In this document: piece by piece, positions 1 to 9,658 of the stretch
Numbering within the stretch: position 1 is the stretch's first letter
Layout: each line of letters starts with the position of its first letter
Assembly (NCBI GenBank): GCA_913063365.1
Contig: CAJXYC010000001.1
Location: 1-39,797 of the forward strand
Source of the DNA: an uncultured Cellulomonadaceae bacterium
Lineage (GTDB): Bacteria > Actinomycetota > Actinomycetes > Actinomycetales > Microbacteriaceae
Direction of reading: 5' to 3'
DNA length: 39,797 nucleotides
Position numbers and translations under genes: made by a program
Notes under the pieces: model-generated
What the model saw: the letters and a program-made list of their open reading frames with translations, nothing else
What the model was told of the DNA's origin: nothing
The model's database searches: none

Positions 1-78
1 GGGACAATCCAGCGCGACCAGTTGCTGGAATCAGGTGCCCTCGTCCACATCAACAGCACCCGTTTCTCAGGGGTGTAG
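1..78 (+). CDS. Possible 3' end of an upstream gene (partial, product unknown)
   Basis: Frame 1 is open from the window edge (GTIQRDQLLESGALVHINSTRFSGV) to TAG at 76-78, convergent with the SDR. Too short to identify. Confidence 0.3.
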   Translation, partial: GTIQRDQLLESGALVHINSTRFSGV

Positions 79-118
79 AGAATGACCCGACTCGTGGGTC
101 TGAGGCCCCAGAACACTC

Positions 119-886
119 TTAGCTGGGCTGGAACGAGCTTGTATCGCCGACCAGCCTGGTGTGGTTGTCGGGGATGTCATCCACAATCGCCTGGGTGACT
201 TCAGCCGCAAACTCTTCGACGTTGTAAATCTTTCCGGCTACTTCTTTGCGCTCATCGAGAGCGCCCGGGTGCATGCGGTTGAGAAGCGTGGCGGTGACCG
301 TGCCCTCAATCATGTCTCCGGAGACCACGACAAACCCGATGCCCTTGCCGTCCAAATCATCGGCCATAGCCCGCAGCGCGTCTTCTCCAGCACGCTTCGA
401 TAGCGCGACCGGACGGTATTCGGGCATGGTGTCGACATCTCTGATGAAGTGAGCCTGGTGGCTCGTAATAAAGACAACTCGTGCCCCCGCGCCCATCAGT
501 GGAAGTGCGGAGGTCAACATGCCGACCTGGGCATCGCGATTGAGCTTCATCGCGTAGTCCTCTTCCATGTCGGACTCCATGCCACCAGAGGCATTCAAGA
601 CAAGGACGTCCAGGCCGCCCAGTGAATCCCTGATGCTATTCATCATGGCCATTACAGCGACGGGGTCAGTGAGATCTGCTCCTGCCGTCTGAGCTACTCC
701 CCCGGCGTCACGAATTGACTGGGCGATTTTCTCTGCGCGCGCTTCTTTATTGCGGTAGTTGATGACAACGCTTGCGCCCGCTGCAGCGCAGTACTGAGCG
801 ACTTGTGCTCCGATGCCTCGTGATGAGCCGGTGACAAGGACGCGTTTGCCGACCAGTTCCGTCGGTGACAAGGGGTTTTCAGACAT
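119..886 (-). CDS. SDR-family oxidoreductase, FabL-like (Y-x6-K active site)
   Basis: TGSSRGIG nucleotide-binding motif, VINYR, LDVLVLNASGG, YRPVALSK. ATG at 886 preferred because it lies 7 nt after a TAGGGT -10 hexamer. Confidence 0.85.
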   Translation of the reverse strand: MSENPLSPTELVGKRVLVTGSSRGIGAQVAQYCAAAGASVVINYRNKEARAEKIAQSIRDAGGVAQTAGADLTDPVAVMAMMNSIRDSLGGLDVLVLNASGGMESDMEEDYAMKLNRDAQVGMLTSALPLMGAGARVVFITSHQAHFIRDVDTMPEYRPVALSKRAGEDALRAMADDLDGKGIGFVVVSGDMIEGTVTATLLNRMHPGALDERKEVAGKIYNVEEFAAEVTQAIVDDIPDNHTRLVGDTSSFQPS

Positions 887-963
887 GCCCACGACCCTAG
901 CAACGGGGACAAACGCACTCGGGAGCCCCTAGCGCCTGGCGGGTCGTGCACACTGAAGACACC

Positions 964-1710
964 ATGTCGTTTCTTCACCGGGCTCCCCGCCTCGTTGTGG
1001 CCCATCGCGGCTTTGCTGTGGGCGTGGCAGAAAACACGCTGGCGGCCTTTCACCAGGCCCTAGAACACGGTGCCGATGTCCTCGAGACCGATGTGCACCT
1101 GTCTGCCGACGGTGTCGCTGTCTGCTCGCACGACCCTGATCTTCAGAGAGTGGCCGGCAGGCCGGAGCGGGTGAACCAGCTAAGCGCTGCCGAGCTCGCC
1201 GCTGTGGATATCCCCGGTGGTGGGTTTCCCACGCTGGCAGCAGCCTTAGACGCGTTTCCCACCACCCCCATCAGCATCGACGTGAAAGAAGACGCCGCGG
1301 TGCAGGCCACGATTAACGCCATCTCCACGGCTCGCGCTGCCGATCGGGTGCTCCTTGCCTCTTTTTCTGAAACAAGGCGACAACAACTGGCGCAGGCCTT
1401 TCCCACAGCGGCAAGTGCGGCGACCTCGGCCCAAATTGTTCCCGCCTATTTCCGCAGTCTCGTCGGCGGCTCGCGTTCACTTGGCAGGGTGATGAACGGG
1501 GTGTCTGCGGCGTTCATCCCACCCACCCGTCGGGGAATTCCACTGGCCACTCCGCGTTTTATCCGGCACCTCAGCGAAGCGGGGGTGGTCACCGGCGTGT
1601 GGACGGTAAACGACGCTGATCAGATGGCTCGTTACTGGCGCAGCGGTGTCCAGGCGATTATTACCGATCGAACGGATCGTGCCGTTGCCACGAGGGACTC
1701 CCTCGCCTAG
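964..1710 (+). CDS. Glycerophosphodiester phosphodiesterase family protein
   Basis: AHRG, ENT, LETDVH, HD, WTVND and IITD motifs of the GDPD family. ATG at 964 chosen; GTG at 946 is an alternative. Confidence 0.9.
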   Translation: MSFLHRAPRLVVAHRGFAVGVAENTLAAFHQALEHGADVLETDVHLSADGVAVCSHDPDLQRVAGRPERVNQLSAAELAAVDIPGGGFPTLAAALDAFPTTPISIDVKEDAAVQATINAISTARAADRVLLASFSETRRQQLAQAFPTAASAATSAQIVPAYFRSLVGGSRSLGRVMNGVSAAFIPPTRRGIPLATPRFIRHLSEAGVVTGVWTVNDADQMARYWRSGVQAIITDRTDRAVATRDSLA

Positions 1711-3214
1711 CGATCCCTGCAATCACCAGGGCTGCCAGTCCAAGACCGGCAATAAACCATTCCAGCGAGTGGCCCACCACCACCGCGGGGGTTGTGTGGG
1801 ACGCGGTCGGGACATCCGCAATCATGTAGCCCTCGGTGTAGGTGGGGAGCCTGTCGATGGTCTCCCCCGTGGGCGACATGATGGCGCTGGTGCCAACGGT
1901 CGACACGTTGACCACACTGCGGCCCATTTCGACACCGCGGAGCCTGGCAATCGCCAACTGTTGCTCGCTTTGGTCCGTGCGTCCAAAGTCGGCGTTATTG
2001 GTCGGGGCAAAAATAATGTCCGCACCCTCGTCCATCATTTGCCAAAAGATTTCGTTATCGACGATGTCGTAGCAAATGGCGATTCCCGCGGTGTGACCGT
2101 CGATGGTGAACACTGTGTCTCTCTGTCCGAAGCTGTAGTCCCTCGGGACGAGATCAAACAGATCAGGGGCGAGCGGATAGAAAAACTCTCTTGCTGGGAG
2201 GTATTCGGCGAACGGAACCGGGTGGATTTTGTCGTATTGGTCTGTCGCCTCAGTCAGTCCGGGGCCTGTTTCCTCCCACAGCAACACGCTGTTATAGGTG
2301 AGGTCTCCGTCTCGGGTAATGGCCCCCACCACGAGCGGGGCATTCATTTCCCGAGTCACCTCATCCACGACAGCCCTCGCGTCCTCATAGCGGAGCGGGT
2401 CGATATCAGAGGCGTTTTCCGGCCAGATCACCACATCGACGTCTTCACCGAATAGATCGGCGGTCACCTCGTAGTGGTCCCGAAGGTTGTCACCGCGCTC
2501 GTACTCAGCGAAAAGCCCGGCATCCGCGTTTCCCTGCACCCCCAGCACCCGAATGGAATCAGTAATCGTGGCGGGATAGGCGGGCCACACCAGCGCAAAG
2601 GTCAGCGCACCAGCCATCACCGATGCCCGAGTGACGCCGTCCAGCCGCCACTCCACAAGAAGCACGACCGCAAGCGCAGACAGCCAGGCCATTAAGAACC
2701 CGAAACCACTTGTGCCGAGCCAGCTCACCCAATCTGTCAGTGGAGTCTCTGACTGGCTATGCGCGAGCCGCCCCCAGTTAAACCCGCCAAACGGCCACTC
2801 CGCTGCGACCACTTCCCGAATCGTCCACACCGCAGCCAACACCACCGGCAAGAAACCCAGGCGCCCCACAGGCTTTCGCCACCACGCCCCCACCCACCGC
2901 CAGGCCAGGGTGAGCAAGACAAAACCCAGAGCAAACAACGCAGTCTGGGCTAACACCAGCGCAATCCAGGGAATCAGACCCAGATACACCGTGAGCCACC
3001 AGATGTGGATGCCATAGAACGAGAAACCGGCCACGGCACCGGTGAGAGCAGACGCCGGAATGCTGAGGCCGCGTGCGGCCGCCAGCATCATGCCGAGGCT
3101 TAAGAGCGCAAGAGGCCACCAGTTCGTGTCTGGATGGGCCAAGTCCATCAACCAGCCGGCAACGGCAACCGACAGCAGCGTCAGCGAGAGTGGCCGCGTT
3201 GTGGTCAGGAGCAC
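1661..3214 (-). CDS. lnt: Apolipoprotein N-acyltransferase
   Basis: Multi-TM N-terminus, PFGGFNW, and nitrilase-fold triad motifs WPEN, YDKIHPVPFAEY, ICYD. Lies downstream of helY. Confidence 0.95.
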   Translation of the reverse strand: MLLTTTRPLSLTLLSVAVAGWLMDLAHPDTNWWPLALLSLGMMLAAARGLSIPASALTGAVAGFSFYGIHIWWLTVYLGLIPWIALVLAQTALFALGFVLLTLAWRWVGAWWRKPVGRLGFLPVVLAAVWTIREVVAAEWPFGGFNWGRLAHSQSETPLTDWVSWLGTSGFGFLMAWLSALAVVLLVEWRLDGVTRASVMAGALTFALVWPAYPATITDSIRVLGVQGNADAGLFAEYERGDNLRDHYEVTADLFGEDVDVVIWPENASDIDPLRYEDARAVVDEVTREMNAPLVVGAITRDGDLTYNSVLLWEETGPGLTEATDQYDKIHPVPFAEYLPAREFFYPLAPDLFDLVPRDYSFGQRDTVFTIDGHTAGIAICYDIVDNEIFWQMMDEGADIIFAPTNNADFGRTDQSEQQLAIARLRGVEMGRSVVNVSTVGTSAIMSPTGETIDRLPTYTEGYMIADVPTASHTTPAVVVGHSLEWFIAGLGLAALVIAGIARRGSPSWQRHDPFDR

Positions 3215-3223
3215 GCTGGAAGC

Positions 3224-5641
3224 CTAAACAAGACTGCTGAGCGCCACGATGCCGCGGAACACCGCCGCCTTTGCTTCGCGTGCGGTGGTTCCCGCCGGGC
3301 CGCTCTCCACCTGTTCGATGTGGTCCAGCACGTCGACCACTTGTTTGGCGAGTCGAACAAAGTCGCCGACAGCCACATCGTCCTCACCAATGACGTCGAT
3401 TAGGTCCGCACCATCGGCCCAGTGCCACATCGCCACCGCCCGTTGTGCGCCAAGCGGTTCCGAACCGGGCAGGTGATGTTCACGCTCCAGCACATCCAAT
3501 CTTGCCCAGAGCTCTTCCGTGGCCTGGAGCGCCTCACGGAGGCCGCCTGGCGGTAATTCGCCTCGGCGCACGGGCATTTCTTCTGGCTTTGCCTCATAGA
3601 CCAGGGCCGAGACCATAGCGGCAAGTCCTGGAACATCTAAGTCCTTCCAAAGCTGCCGACGGAGGGCCTCAGCGACGAGCAAATCGCGCTCGCCATAGAT
3701 CCGGCGGAGCCTGGTTCCGTGGACGCTCAGAGAGTAATCGTCGTCCTCTGGGCGGAGGTAGTCGAGCTCCTCCAAGACCGCGACCACCCGGTCAAAGACC
3801 ACACCGATGGCGCCAGTGCGTTTGTCAATTTGGGTGCGAATCTTTTCGGTTTCCCGGTGAAGTCGCCACCACCGCTCCGCCCACCGGGCATGCGATTCAC
3901 GGTCGGGGCAGCTGTGGCACGGGTGTTGTTTGAGACGCAGTCGAAGAGAATCGATGGCCTGCCGCTCAGACTCGTCGGATGTGCGACGTAGGGCTTTTTC
4001 CCGGTCACTTAGCTCCCGACGGAGCTCCGCGTAGCCGCGGAAATCGCCCCGGTCACACTCGATGGCTTCTTCGTAGCCGGCGAGGGATTCCTCGTTGTGC
4101 CGGACTTTTTTCGCAAGCTCCACCACGTGGCGGTCTGCCTGAAACTGCGCAAAGGAGCTTTCCAAAATCGTGCGAGTCGGGTCCAAGCCAAACTGTGCGA
4201 TGAGGTTGACGGCCATGTTGTAGGTCGGACGGAAACTGGATCGAAGTGGGTAGGACCGGCGTGAGGCAAGCTGCGCCACCTGTTCCGGGTTCATACCGGG
4301 ACGCCAGATGATGACCGAATGGCCCTGGGTATCGATCCGGCGCCTTCCCGCACGACCAGTTAGTTGGGTGTATTCGCCCGCGGTGATGGGTTTCTTGGAT
4401 TCTCCATCGAACTTTTCCAGCTTCTCCAGCACGACCGTTCTCGCGGGCATATTGATGCCAAGAGCGAGCGTTTCTGTGGCAAAGACCACCCGCAGCAGTT
4501 TTCGTCGAAAAAGCTCCTCGACCACTTCTTTGAACACCGGTAACAGCCCGGCGTGGTGAGCCGCCACTCCCCGTAGGAGCCCGTCCAACCAACGGTGGTA
4601 GCCAAGGACGGCCAAATCGTCTTCGTCGAGCCGTTCGCAGCGCTCTTCCACAAAATCGAGGATTTCGGCCTTTTCCTCCTGGGTGGTCAAATCCAGTCGG
4701 TGAGACAACGCCGCCTCCACCGCTTTGTCACAGCCCACTCTGGAGAAGACGAAGAAAATCGCCGGAAGCAGATCCTCCGTCTCCAGAAGCCTGATGACCT
4801 TTGCGTGTGACACACGCATCTGTGGGCCTCGGTGGTAACCCCTCGGTCCCCCACGCCCGCGTCGACGCCCCCGGTCACCTCCGCGTGTTCCGGAGCGCTG
4901 AAGGCTGTGGACGAGTTGGACCACTTCGGGATTCACCTGCGGTGTGCCACGAGTCTGATCTGAGCGAAACAGAGGAACCAGCCGCTCGCCCACCAGCATG
5001 TGTTGGTAGAGGGGCACCGGCCTGGTTTCGCTGACCACAATGTCGGTGTCTCCGCGCACTGTCTGTAACCACTCTCCAAACTCTTCTGCGTTGGAAACGG
5101 TGGCGCTCAGAGAAATCAATTGCACGTCGTCTGGCAGGTGAATGATCACCTCTTCCCAGACAGCCCCTCGGAAGCGATCTGCCAGGTAGTGAACTTCGTC
5201 CATCACCACGTACCGGAGGTTTTCAAGAAGCTCTGAGTCCGCGTAAAGCATGTTGCGGAGAACCTCGGTGGTCATAATCACTACGCGCGCGTGAGGGTTA
5301 ATGCTCGTATCTCCGGTGAGGAGCCCGATCTCTCTGGGTCCGTACACCTCGACCAACTCGGTGTATTTCTGGTTGGACAGGGCCTTCATCGGTGTCGTGT
5401 AGAACACCTTTGCCACCGGGTCTTGGAGGGCGGCAAAAATCGCAAACTCTGCCACCGCGGTCTTTCCCGCTCCGGTGGGCGCAGCGACCAGCACTCCCCT
5501 CCCCTGCTCGACTGATTCGCAGGCGGAGAGCTGGAACGGGTCAAGGTCGAAGGGAACAGTGTCCAGATACCGCGTCAGCATCGGCGTCTTTACCCGCGAG
5601 GTGGCGCGCTTGAAGCGCTCCGCGGGGCTTGGCTCGCTCAC
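3224..5641 (-). CDS. helY: Ski2-like DEAD/DEAH-box helicase HelY
   Basis: APTGAGKT, TPMKALSNQK, DEVH, SAT, ATETLALGINMPA, QLTGRAGRR. Follows tatC with a GTGA overlap. Confidence 0.93.
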   Translation of the reverse strand: MSEPSPAERFKRATSRVKTPMLTRYLDTVPFDLDPFQLSACESVEQGRGVLVAAPTGAGKTAVAEFAIFAALQDPVAKVFYTTPMKALSNQKYTELVEVYGPREIGLLTGDTSINPHARVVIMTTEVLRNMLYADSELLENLRYVVMDEVHYLADRFRGAVWEEVIIHLPDDVQLISLSATVSNAEEFGEWLQTVRGDTDIVVSETRPVPLYQHMLVGERLVPLFRSDQTRGTPQVNPEVVQLVHSLQRSGTRGGDRGRRRGRGGPRGYHRGPQMRVSHAKVIRLLETEDLLPAIFFVFSRVGCDKAVEAALSHRLDLTTQEEKAEILDFVEERCERLDEDDLAVLGYHRWLDGLLRGVAAHHAGLLPVFKEVVEELFRRKLLRVVFATETLALGINMPARTVVLEKLEKFDGESKKPITAGEYTQLTGRAGRRRIDTQGHSVIIWRPGMNPEQVAQLASRRSYPLRSSFRPTYNMAVNLIAQFGLDPTRTILESSFAQFQADRHVVELAKKVRHNEESLAGYEEAIECDRGDFRGYAELRRELSDREKALRRTSDESERQAIDSLRLRLKQHPCHSCPDRESHARWAERWWRLHRETEKIRTQIDKRTGAIGVVFDRVVAVLEELDYLRPEDDDYSLSVHGTRLRRIYGERDLLVAEALRRQLWKDLDVPGLAAMVSALVYEAKPEEMPVRRGELPPGGLREALQATEELWARLDVLEREHHLPGSEPLGAQRAVAMWHWADGADLIDVIGEDDVAVGDFVRLAKQVVDVLDHIEQVESGPAGTTAREAKAAVFRGIVALSSLV

Positions 5642-6414
5642 GCCATCCCGTCGGCCAGGCGAGCCTGCTTCTTCGCGTGTCGGCGGTCGCGAAGCCAGGC
5701 AATGCCCGCTGCCAGGAAATACAGCCCCACCATCGGAATGGCGAGGATCACCATCGATACGACATCAGCCGCCGGTGTTGCAATGGCAGTGAACAGTGCA
5801 ATGAGGACCACGGCGACGCGCCAACCGCGAAGAATCGACGCGGCCGGTAAGACCCCCACGGCATTGAGTAACACCAGAAAAACAGGCAGCACGAAACCCA
5901 CCCCGATGGCGACCACAAGCTTCAGGGCGAAATCCAAATACACCTTGGCGGTGAGCAGTGTCGCCGATTGTTCCGGCGCGAAGCTTGTGAGCAGGGTCAC
6001 AATATTCGGCAGCACAAACCAGCCCGTGGTGGCGCCCGCCGCAAACAGCGGAATCGCCGCAGCGAGGAAACCAATGGCGTATCGCCGCTCCTGTCTCACC
6101 AGGGCGGGGACAAAATACGCCCAGATTTGGTAGAGCCACACCGGCGAGGCAATGACGATCCCCAGTGTCAGGGCAATGGCGATCTTGGTGTCAAAAGCCT
6201 CACTGACGGTCGTGTAGTTGATTTCCGCGTCACGGTTTCGCTCCTGGGCAATCTCCAGGACAGGCTCCGACAGAGCCGCCCAGACGAGATCTGCCAGAAA
6301 CCAGCCGACAACTCCTGCAACCAGCGTGGCAATGACACTGATCACCAGCCGCTTACGCAGCTCGACCAGGTGCTCCGCCAGGGTCATCCGTGCCTGGTCG
6401 GTCGACCCGGCCAC
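5638..6414 (-). CDS. tatC: Twin-arginine translocase subunit TatC
   Basis: MTLAEHLVELRKRL, YQIWAYFVPAL, six TM segments, TPAAD. Adjacent to tatA. Confidence 0.96.
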   Translation of the reverse strand: MAGSTDQARMTLAEHLVELRKRLVISVIATLVAGVVGWFLADLVWAALSEPVLEIAQERNRDAEINYTTVSEAFDTKIAIALTLGIVIASPVWLYQIWAYFVPALVRQERRYAIGFLAAAIPLFAAGATTGWFVLPNIVTLLTSFAPEQSATLLTAKVYLDFALKLVVAIGVGFVLPVFLVLLNAVGVLPAASILRGWRVAVVLIALFTAIATPAADVVSMVILAIPMVGLYFLAAGIAWLRDRRHAKKQARLADGMA

Positions 6415-6416
6415 GA

Positions 6417-6605
6417 TTACTTCTTCTGGTCGTCCGCGTTGTCAGCCGCGTCATCAGACGAGCGGTCCTGACGCACTTCCGACTTAAAGATTTTCAGCGA
6501 CTGACCAAGGCTCTTGGCAAGACCCGGAAGACGAGGTGCGCCAAAGAGCAAAATAATGAGAAGGACGACAATGAGGCCCGTCCAGCCACCAAGATTTCCC
6601 GCCAC
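6417..6605 (-). CDS. tatA: Twin-arginine translocase subunit TatA
   Basis: TM helix, FGAPRLP hinge, amphipathic AKSLGQSLKIFKSE, GAGGAG RBS at 6612-6617. Confidence 0.95.
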   Translation of the reverse strand: MAGNLGGWTGLIVVLLIILLFGAPRLPGLAKSLGQSLKIFKSEVRQDRSSDDAADNADDQKK

Positions 6606-6629
6606 GATGTTCTCCTCGCCTCTGCCCTG

Positions 6630-6635
6630 AGCCTA
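6630..6635 (-). promoter_or_regulatory. Putative -10 element (TAGGCT) for tatA-tatC-helY
   Basis: TANNNT hexamer in the pafC-tatA gap, upstream of the RBS. Confidence 0.45.
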
Positions 6636-6650
6636 CCACCGCGCCTCCTC

Positions 6651-7637
6651 TCAGCCTGAGGACACCGCGCGCTCCTGGGCGCGATTCACCCAATCTTTCA
6701 CCGCTTGAATCGCCGCCTCTGGCGCGGTCACCCGAACAAGACCACCCTGAGCCGTCACGAACCGCACCAGCGAGCCGTAGTGGGCAAACGGCACCTGCGC
6801 GACGTAGACAGAACCCACACGCTCTGGGGGTTTCGAGCGGTCGAGATACTCCCCCACAATCGGTAACGCCGGCTCATCAAACTCCAATGTCACGACCACA
6901 TCGGTATCGGAAGCGGTAAAAATCGTCCACGACTCCGGATTATCGACATCGGGGTGCTCGGCAACTGGTGTGTCCAACGCAGTCACATTCGCCATTCGGT
7001 CAAGCCGGAACAGACGTGGTGCTTCTCGAAGCAGACACCACGCCCGCAGGTACCAGACGTCATCCCGGGCCTCGAGAGCGAGAGGATCCACGGTCCGATT
7101 GTCCGCATCGCCGTTTCTGTTCACATAGTCAAACCGCAGCTGAGTTCCCTCACTCAGACATTGGTCAATCACCTCGAGAGCGCCAGAGACAGACACCGAC
7201 TGGATTCCGATGTGGGACGTGGCTGCCGACCCCGACACGGCGCGGAGCTTGTCCAGGAGTGCTCGTACATCGTCGCGCTCGCCGTATCTCGGGTGTGCGG
7301 CCAAGTACTGCAACCCGGCAATCAACGCCGAGATTTCCCTCGTGGATAGACGCGGCTGCTGGTCAATCACCACGGTGTTGGAAAACCGAATGACCTCGTC
7401 GTTTTCAAACGCATCCCAGTCAATGTCAAAAAGGTCGGCGTGGAGGTAGGCGGCAGAGTCACCCGGAATTCCCGCACAGGCAATGAGCTCAACCGCACGC
7501 CGAATATCGTCGGGTTGCCTGGAGAACTGGGTGGCCGCCTCCTGAACCGTGACCTGACCGTTGTCCATCACATACGGCACGAGGCTCAGAAAGAGCACCA
7601 GTGACTCTGCCGTCGCGGGTGACTGCGCCCTAGCCAT
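6651..7637 (-). CDS. pafC: WYL-domain transcriptional activator PafC
   Basis: N-terminal wHTH (LSLVPYV...EAATQF...ACAGIPG), WYLRAWC, RLFRLDRM. Sits between pafB and tatA. Confidence 0.9.
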   Translation of the reverse strand: MARAQSPATAESLVLFLSLVPYVMDNGQVTVQEAATQFSRQPDDIRRAVELIACAGIPGDSAAYLHADLFDIDWDAFENDEVIRFSNTVVIDQQPRLSTREISALIAGLQYLAAHPRYGERDDVRALLDKLRAVSGSAATSHIGIQSVSVSGALEVIDQCLSEGTQLRFDYVNRNGDADNRTVDPLALEARDDVWYLRAWCLLREAPRLFRLDRMANVTALDTPVAEHPDVDNPESWTIFTASDTDVVVTLEFDEPALPIVGEYLDRSKPPERVGSVYVAQVPFAHYGSLVRFVTAQGGLVRVTAPEAAIQAVKDWVNRAQERAVSSG

Positions 7638-8607
7638 GTGCGCCCGCTACCTGGTCGAGGACCTCACGGTGGAAATCCCTCACCTCGTCGGGAGCCTCGA
7701 CCCGCACTTCCGGACCGAATCCAGCTAATTCGGAGGCGAGGGCTTTGGCATCTGTGTAGTGGACTCTCACACCAGTGGCAGTGCGCGTGGAACCAGCCCG
7801 GTGGACAAGCTCCAGTTCAGCCTGGGATCCAGGCTCGACCCACACCGTGGCTTCTTGAGACCAGTACAAGTCATCAAGCTCTGCCGTCATCGCGTCCACT
7901 GCGCCGTCTGGGGCTTGGACGGAAGAGAGGTCCAGTGTCTCCACTGTCGACACCATGCGTCGCAGCAGAAAGGTCTTTTGTTGGCCGGTGGATTCCAGGC
8001 TGAGCAAGTGCCATCGACCCTCGTGCAGGACGATTCCCCAGGGAGACACCGTCCTGGTCTTTGGCGTGTTCTCGCCCGGGGTCAGGTAGTCAAAACGGAC
8101 CTGGACGCCTTCGTCAATCGCTCGGCGGAGGGTGTCGAGGGCGGGGTCTCTGGCCGTGATGACAGGCAGGAATCCAATCAGTGGTTCGTCCATCTGGATG
8201 CCGAGCGAGGCGAGCTTCAGGTGTGTCACCCGCGCCTCGGAGGAGAGACTCCCCTCCCGCCACACCGCAGCCGCAATATTTAGCAGCCGAACGTCTTGGC
8301 TGGTGAGCTCCCAATCGTCGGGGAGGTCATAGTCGGTTTTGGGAATGCGATACAGAGTGAGCTTGTTGTCGCTGTCTCCGTCGGGGGGCGTCAGCGTGTC
8401 GATTGGAATCCCCAGGTCCCGAATCAGGTCTTTATCCCGTTCAAACCGTCGTTCGATGGTTGCCCTGCTGGCGCCAGATTCGATGTCCTCGCGGTAACCG
8501 CGAACGGTGGCGAGAATGCTGTCTTTGCTGAGGCCTTGGGTGGTGGCCATGAGGGCAAGGATCAGGTGAAAAAGACGGTCCTCGGGGCGAATTGCCTGGC
8601 CTGGCAC
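7630..8607 (-). CDS. pafB: WYL-domain transcriptional activator PafB
   Basis: EDRLFHLILAL, RRFERDKDLIRDLGIPI, GRWHL, C-terminal GFGPEVRVEAP. Tandem with pafC. Confidence 0.9.
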   Translation of the reverse strand: MPGQAIRPEDRLFHLILALMATTQGLSKDSILATVRGYREDIESGASRATIERRFERDKDLIRDLGIPIDTLTPPDGDSDNKLTLYRIPKTDYDLPDDWELTSQDVRLLNIAAAVWREGSLSSEARVTHLKLASLGIQMDEPLIGFLPVITARDPALDTLRRAIDEGVQVRFDYLTPGENTPKTRTVSPWGIVLHEGRWHLLSLESTGQQKTFLLRRMVSTVETLDLSSVQAPDGAVDAMTAELDDLYWSQEATVWVEPGSQAELELVHRAGSTRTATGVRVHYTDAKALASELAGFGPEVRVEAPDEVRDFHREVLDQVAGAHG

Positions 8608-8670
8608 GCCTTCATCCTACGACCGGCGTTCTAGCTGTGACCGGCACTAGTTCGGCGATGTGGATATCGC

Positions 8671-9645
8671 CTAGAACGACCCCACAATGTCGAACACATA
8701 GACAAGAGTGGCTCCTTCAGGCACTCCGTCAGGCAGTTGGCCTTCGGTGTAGCCCTCACCTGGTGGCACCACAATCACGACCTGCGAGCCCACTGTTTGG
8801 CCAAGAAGGCCGTTATACAGCCCCGGCAGAACCGACGAATTTTCATCGAGGTCCGGTGAGCGAAGGCTCACGTTGATCGGGGTGCCCTGACCGAAGCTGC
8901 TGGCGAAGGCCTGACCTGTCTCCCACACGACTGCCGTGAACGTCGCGACGGCAGTGTCCCCGTCGGCGAGTGGAGCGCCCTCTCCTCTCTTCACCGTGTG
9001 CACGAGAAGCTCACTCGGTGGCGCTGTCGACGGCATCACCACGCCGTGGAAGCCGTCGGGGTGAGTGACGACGAGAGGGGCGCCTTCCTCGTAGAAGTTC
9101 CAGTAGCCAGTCGCCTCTTTGAGGTAGGACTGTACGACGTCCACGATGACGACCACCGTCGAGTCATTCTGGATTAACTCGTCCTCAGGAATCGGACCAA
9201 AGACTTGTTCCACGGTGTCGGTGATGACGAGTCTGTCGCCGGCCTTCGCACACACCAGTGAGCGCTCGAAGTAGTCCTCGCTCTCGGCACTGACAATCCG
9301 ACGAATGGTCTCATCGGGGACAAAACTGCTGGCGGTGAGAAACTGACCGCTGGAGCCGAGGTAGGCGGCGACCTGGAAATCAACCGACGCGCCTTCTTGA
9401 GCGGGTACGCCATCGCCTTCCTGGACAATCGCGAGTTCAGTGCCCGCGGTGATCAGCGGTGTCGGAAAATCAGCGATTGGCGGCTGGTTTGGTTCCTCAG
9501 CGTCCACCACGGTGACCAAGGCGGAGGCTTTGCCGAGCTCGGCTGGCCGCTCGCATCGAGGGTCGCTCGACTGCGTGACGGCAACGGCCGTGCCTCCTGC
9601 TCCAATGACCACGAACAGCAGGAAAAACGCAGTGAGAAGACGCAT
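8671..9645 (-). CDS. FKBP-type peptidyl-prolyl cis-trans isomerase (exported, two FKBP-like domains)
   Basis: Hydrophobic N-terminal signal/anchor; C-terminal GLLGQTVGSQVVIVVPPGEGY...TLVYVFDI FKBP signature. Confidence 0.88.
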   Translation of the reverse strand: MRLLTAFFLLFVVIGAGGTAVAVTQSSDPRCERPAELGKASALVTVVDAEEPNQPPIADFPTPLITAGTELAIVQEGDGVPAQEGASVDFQVAAYLGSSGQFLTASSFVPDETIRRIVSAESEDYFERSLVCAKAGDRLVITDTVEQVFGPIPEDELIQNDSTVVVIVDVVQSYLKEATGYWNFYEEGAPLVVTHPDGFHGVVMPSTAPPSELLVHTVKRGEGAPLADGDTAVATFTAVVWETGQAFASSFGQGTPINVSLRSPDLDENSSVLPGLYNGLLGQTVGSQVVIVVPPGEGYTEGQLPDGVPEGATLVYVFDIVGSF

Positions 9646-9658
9646 AAGAAGCCCCAGC

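Noticed and set aside
84-100. GACCC/GGGTC hairpin as a bidirectional terminator
   Set aside because: The stem is only 5-6 bp with no U-tract; too weak to call.
3224-8607. WYL pair plus Ski2-like helicase as an anti-phage system
   Set aside because: Sequence and order match the housekeeping pafB-pafC-tatA-tatC-helY locus; no nuclease or other defence genes are adjacent.
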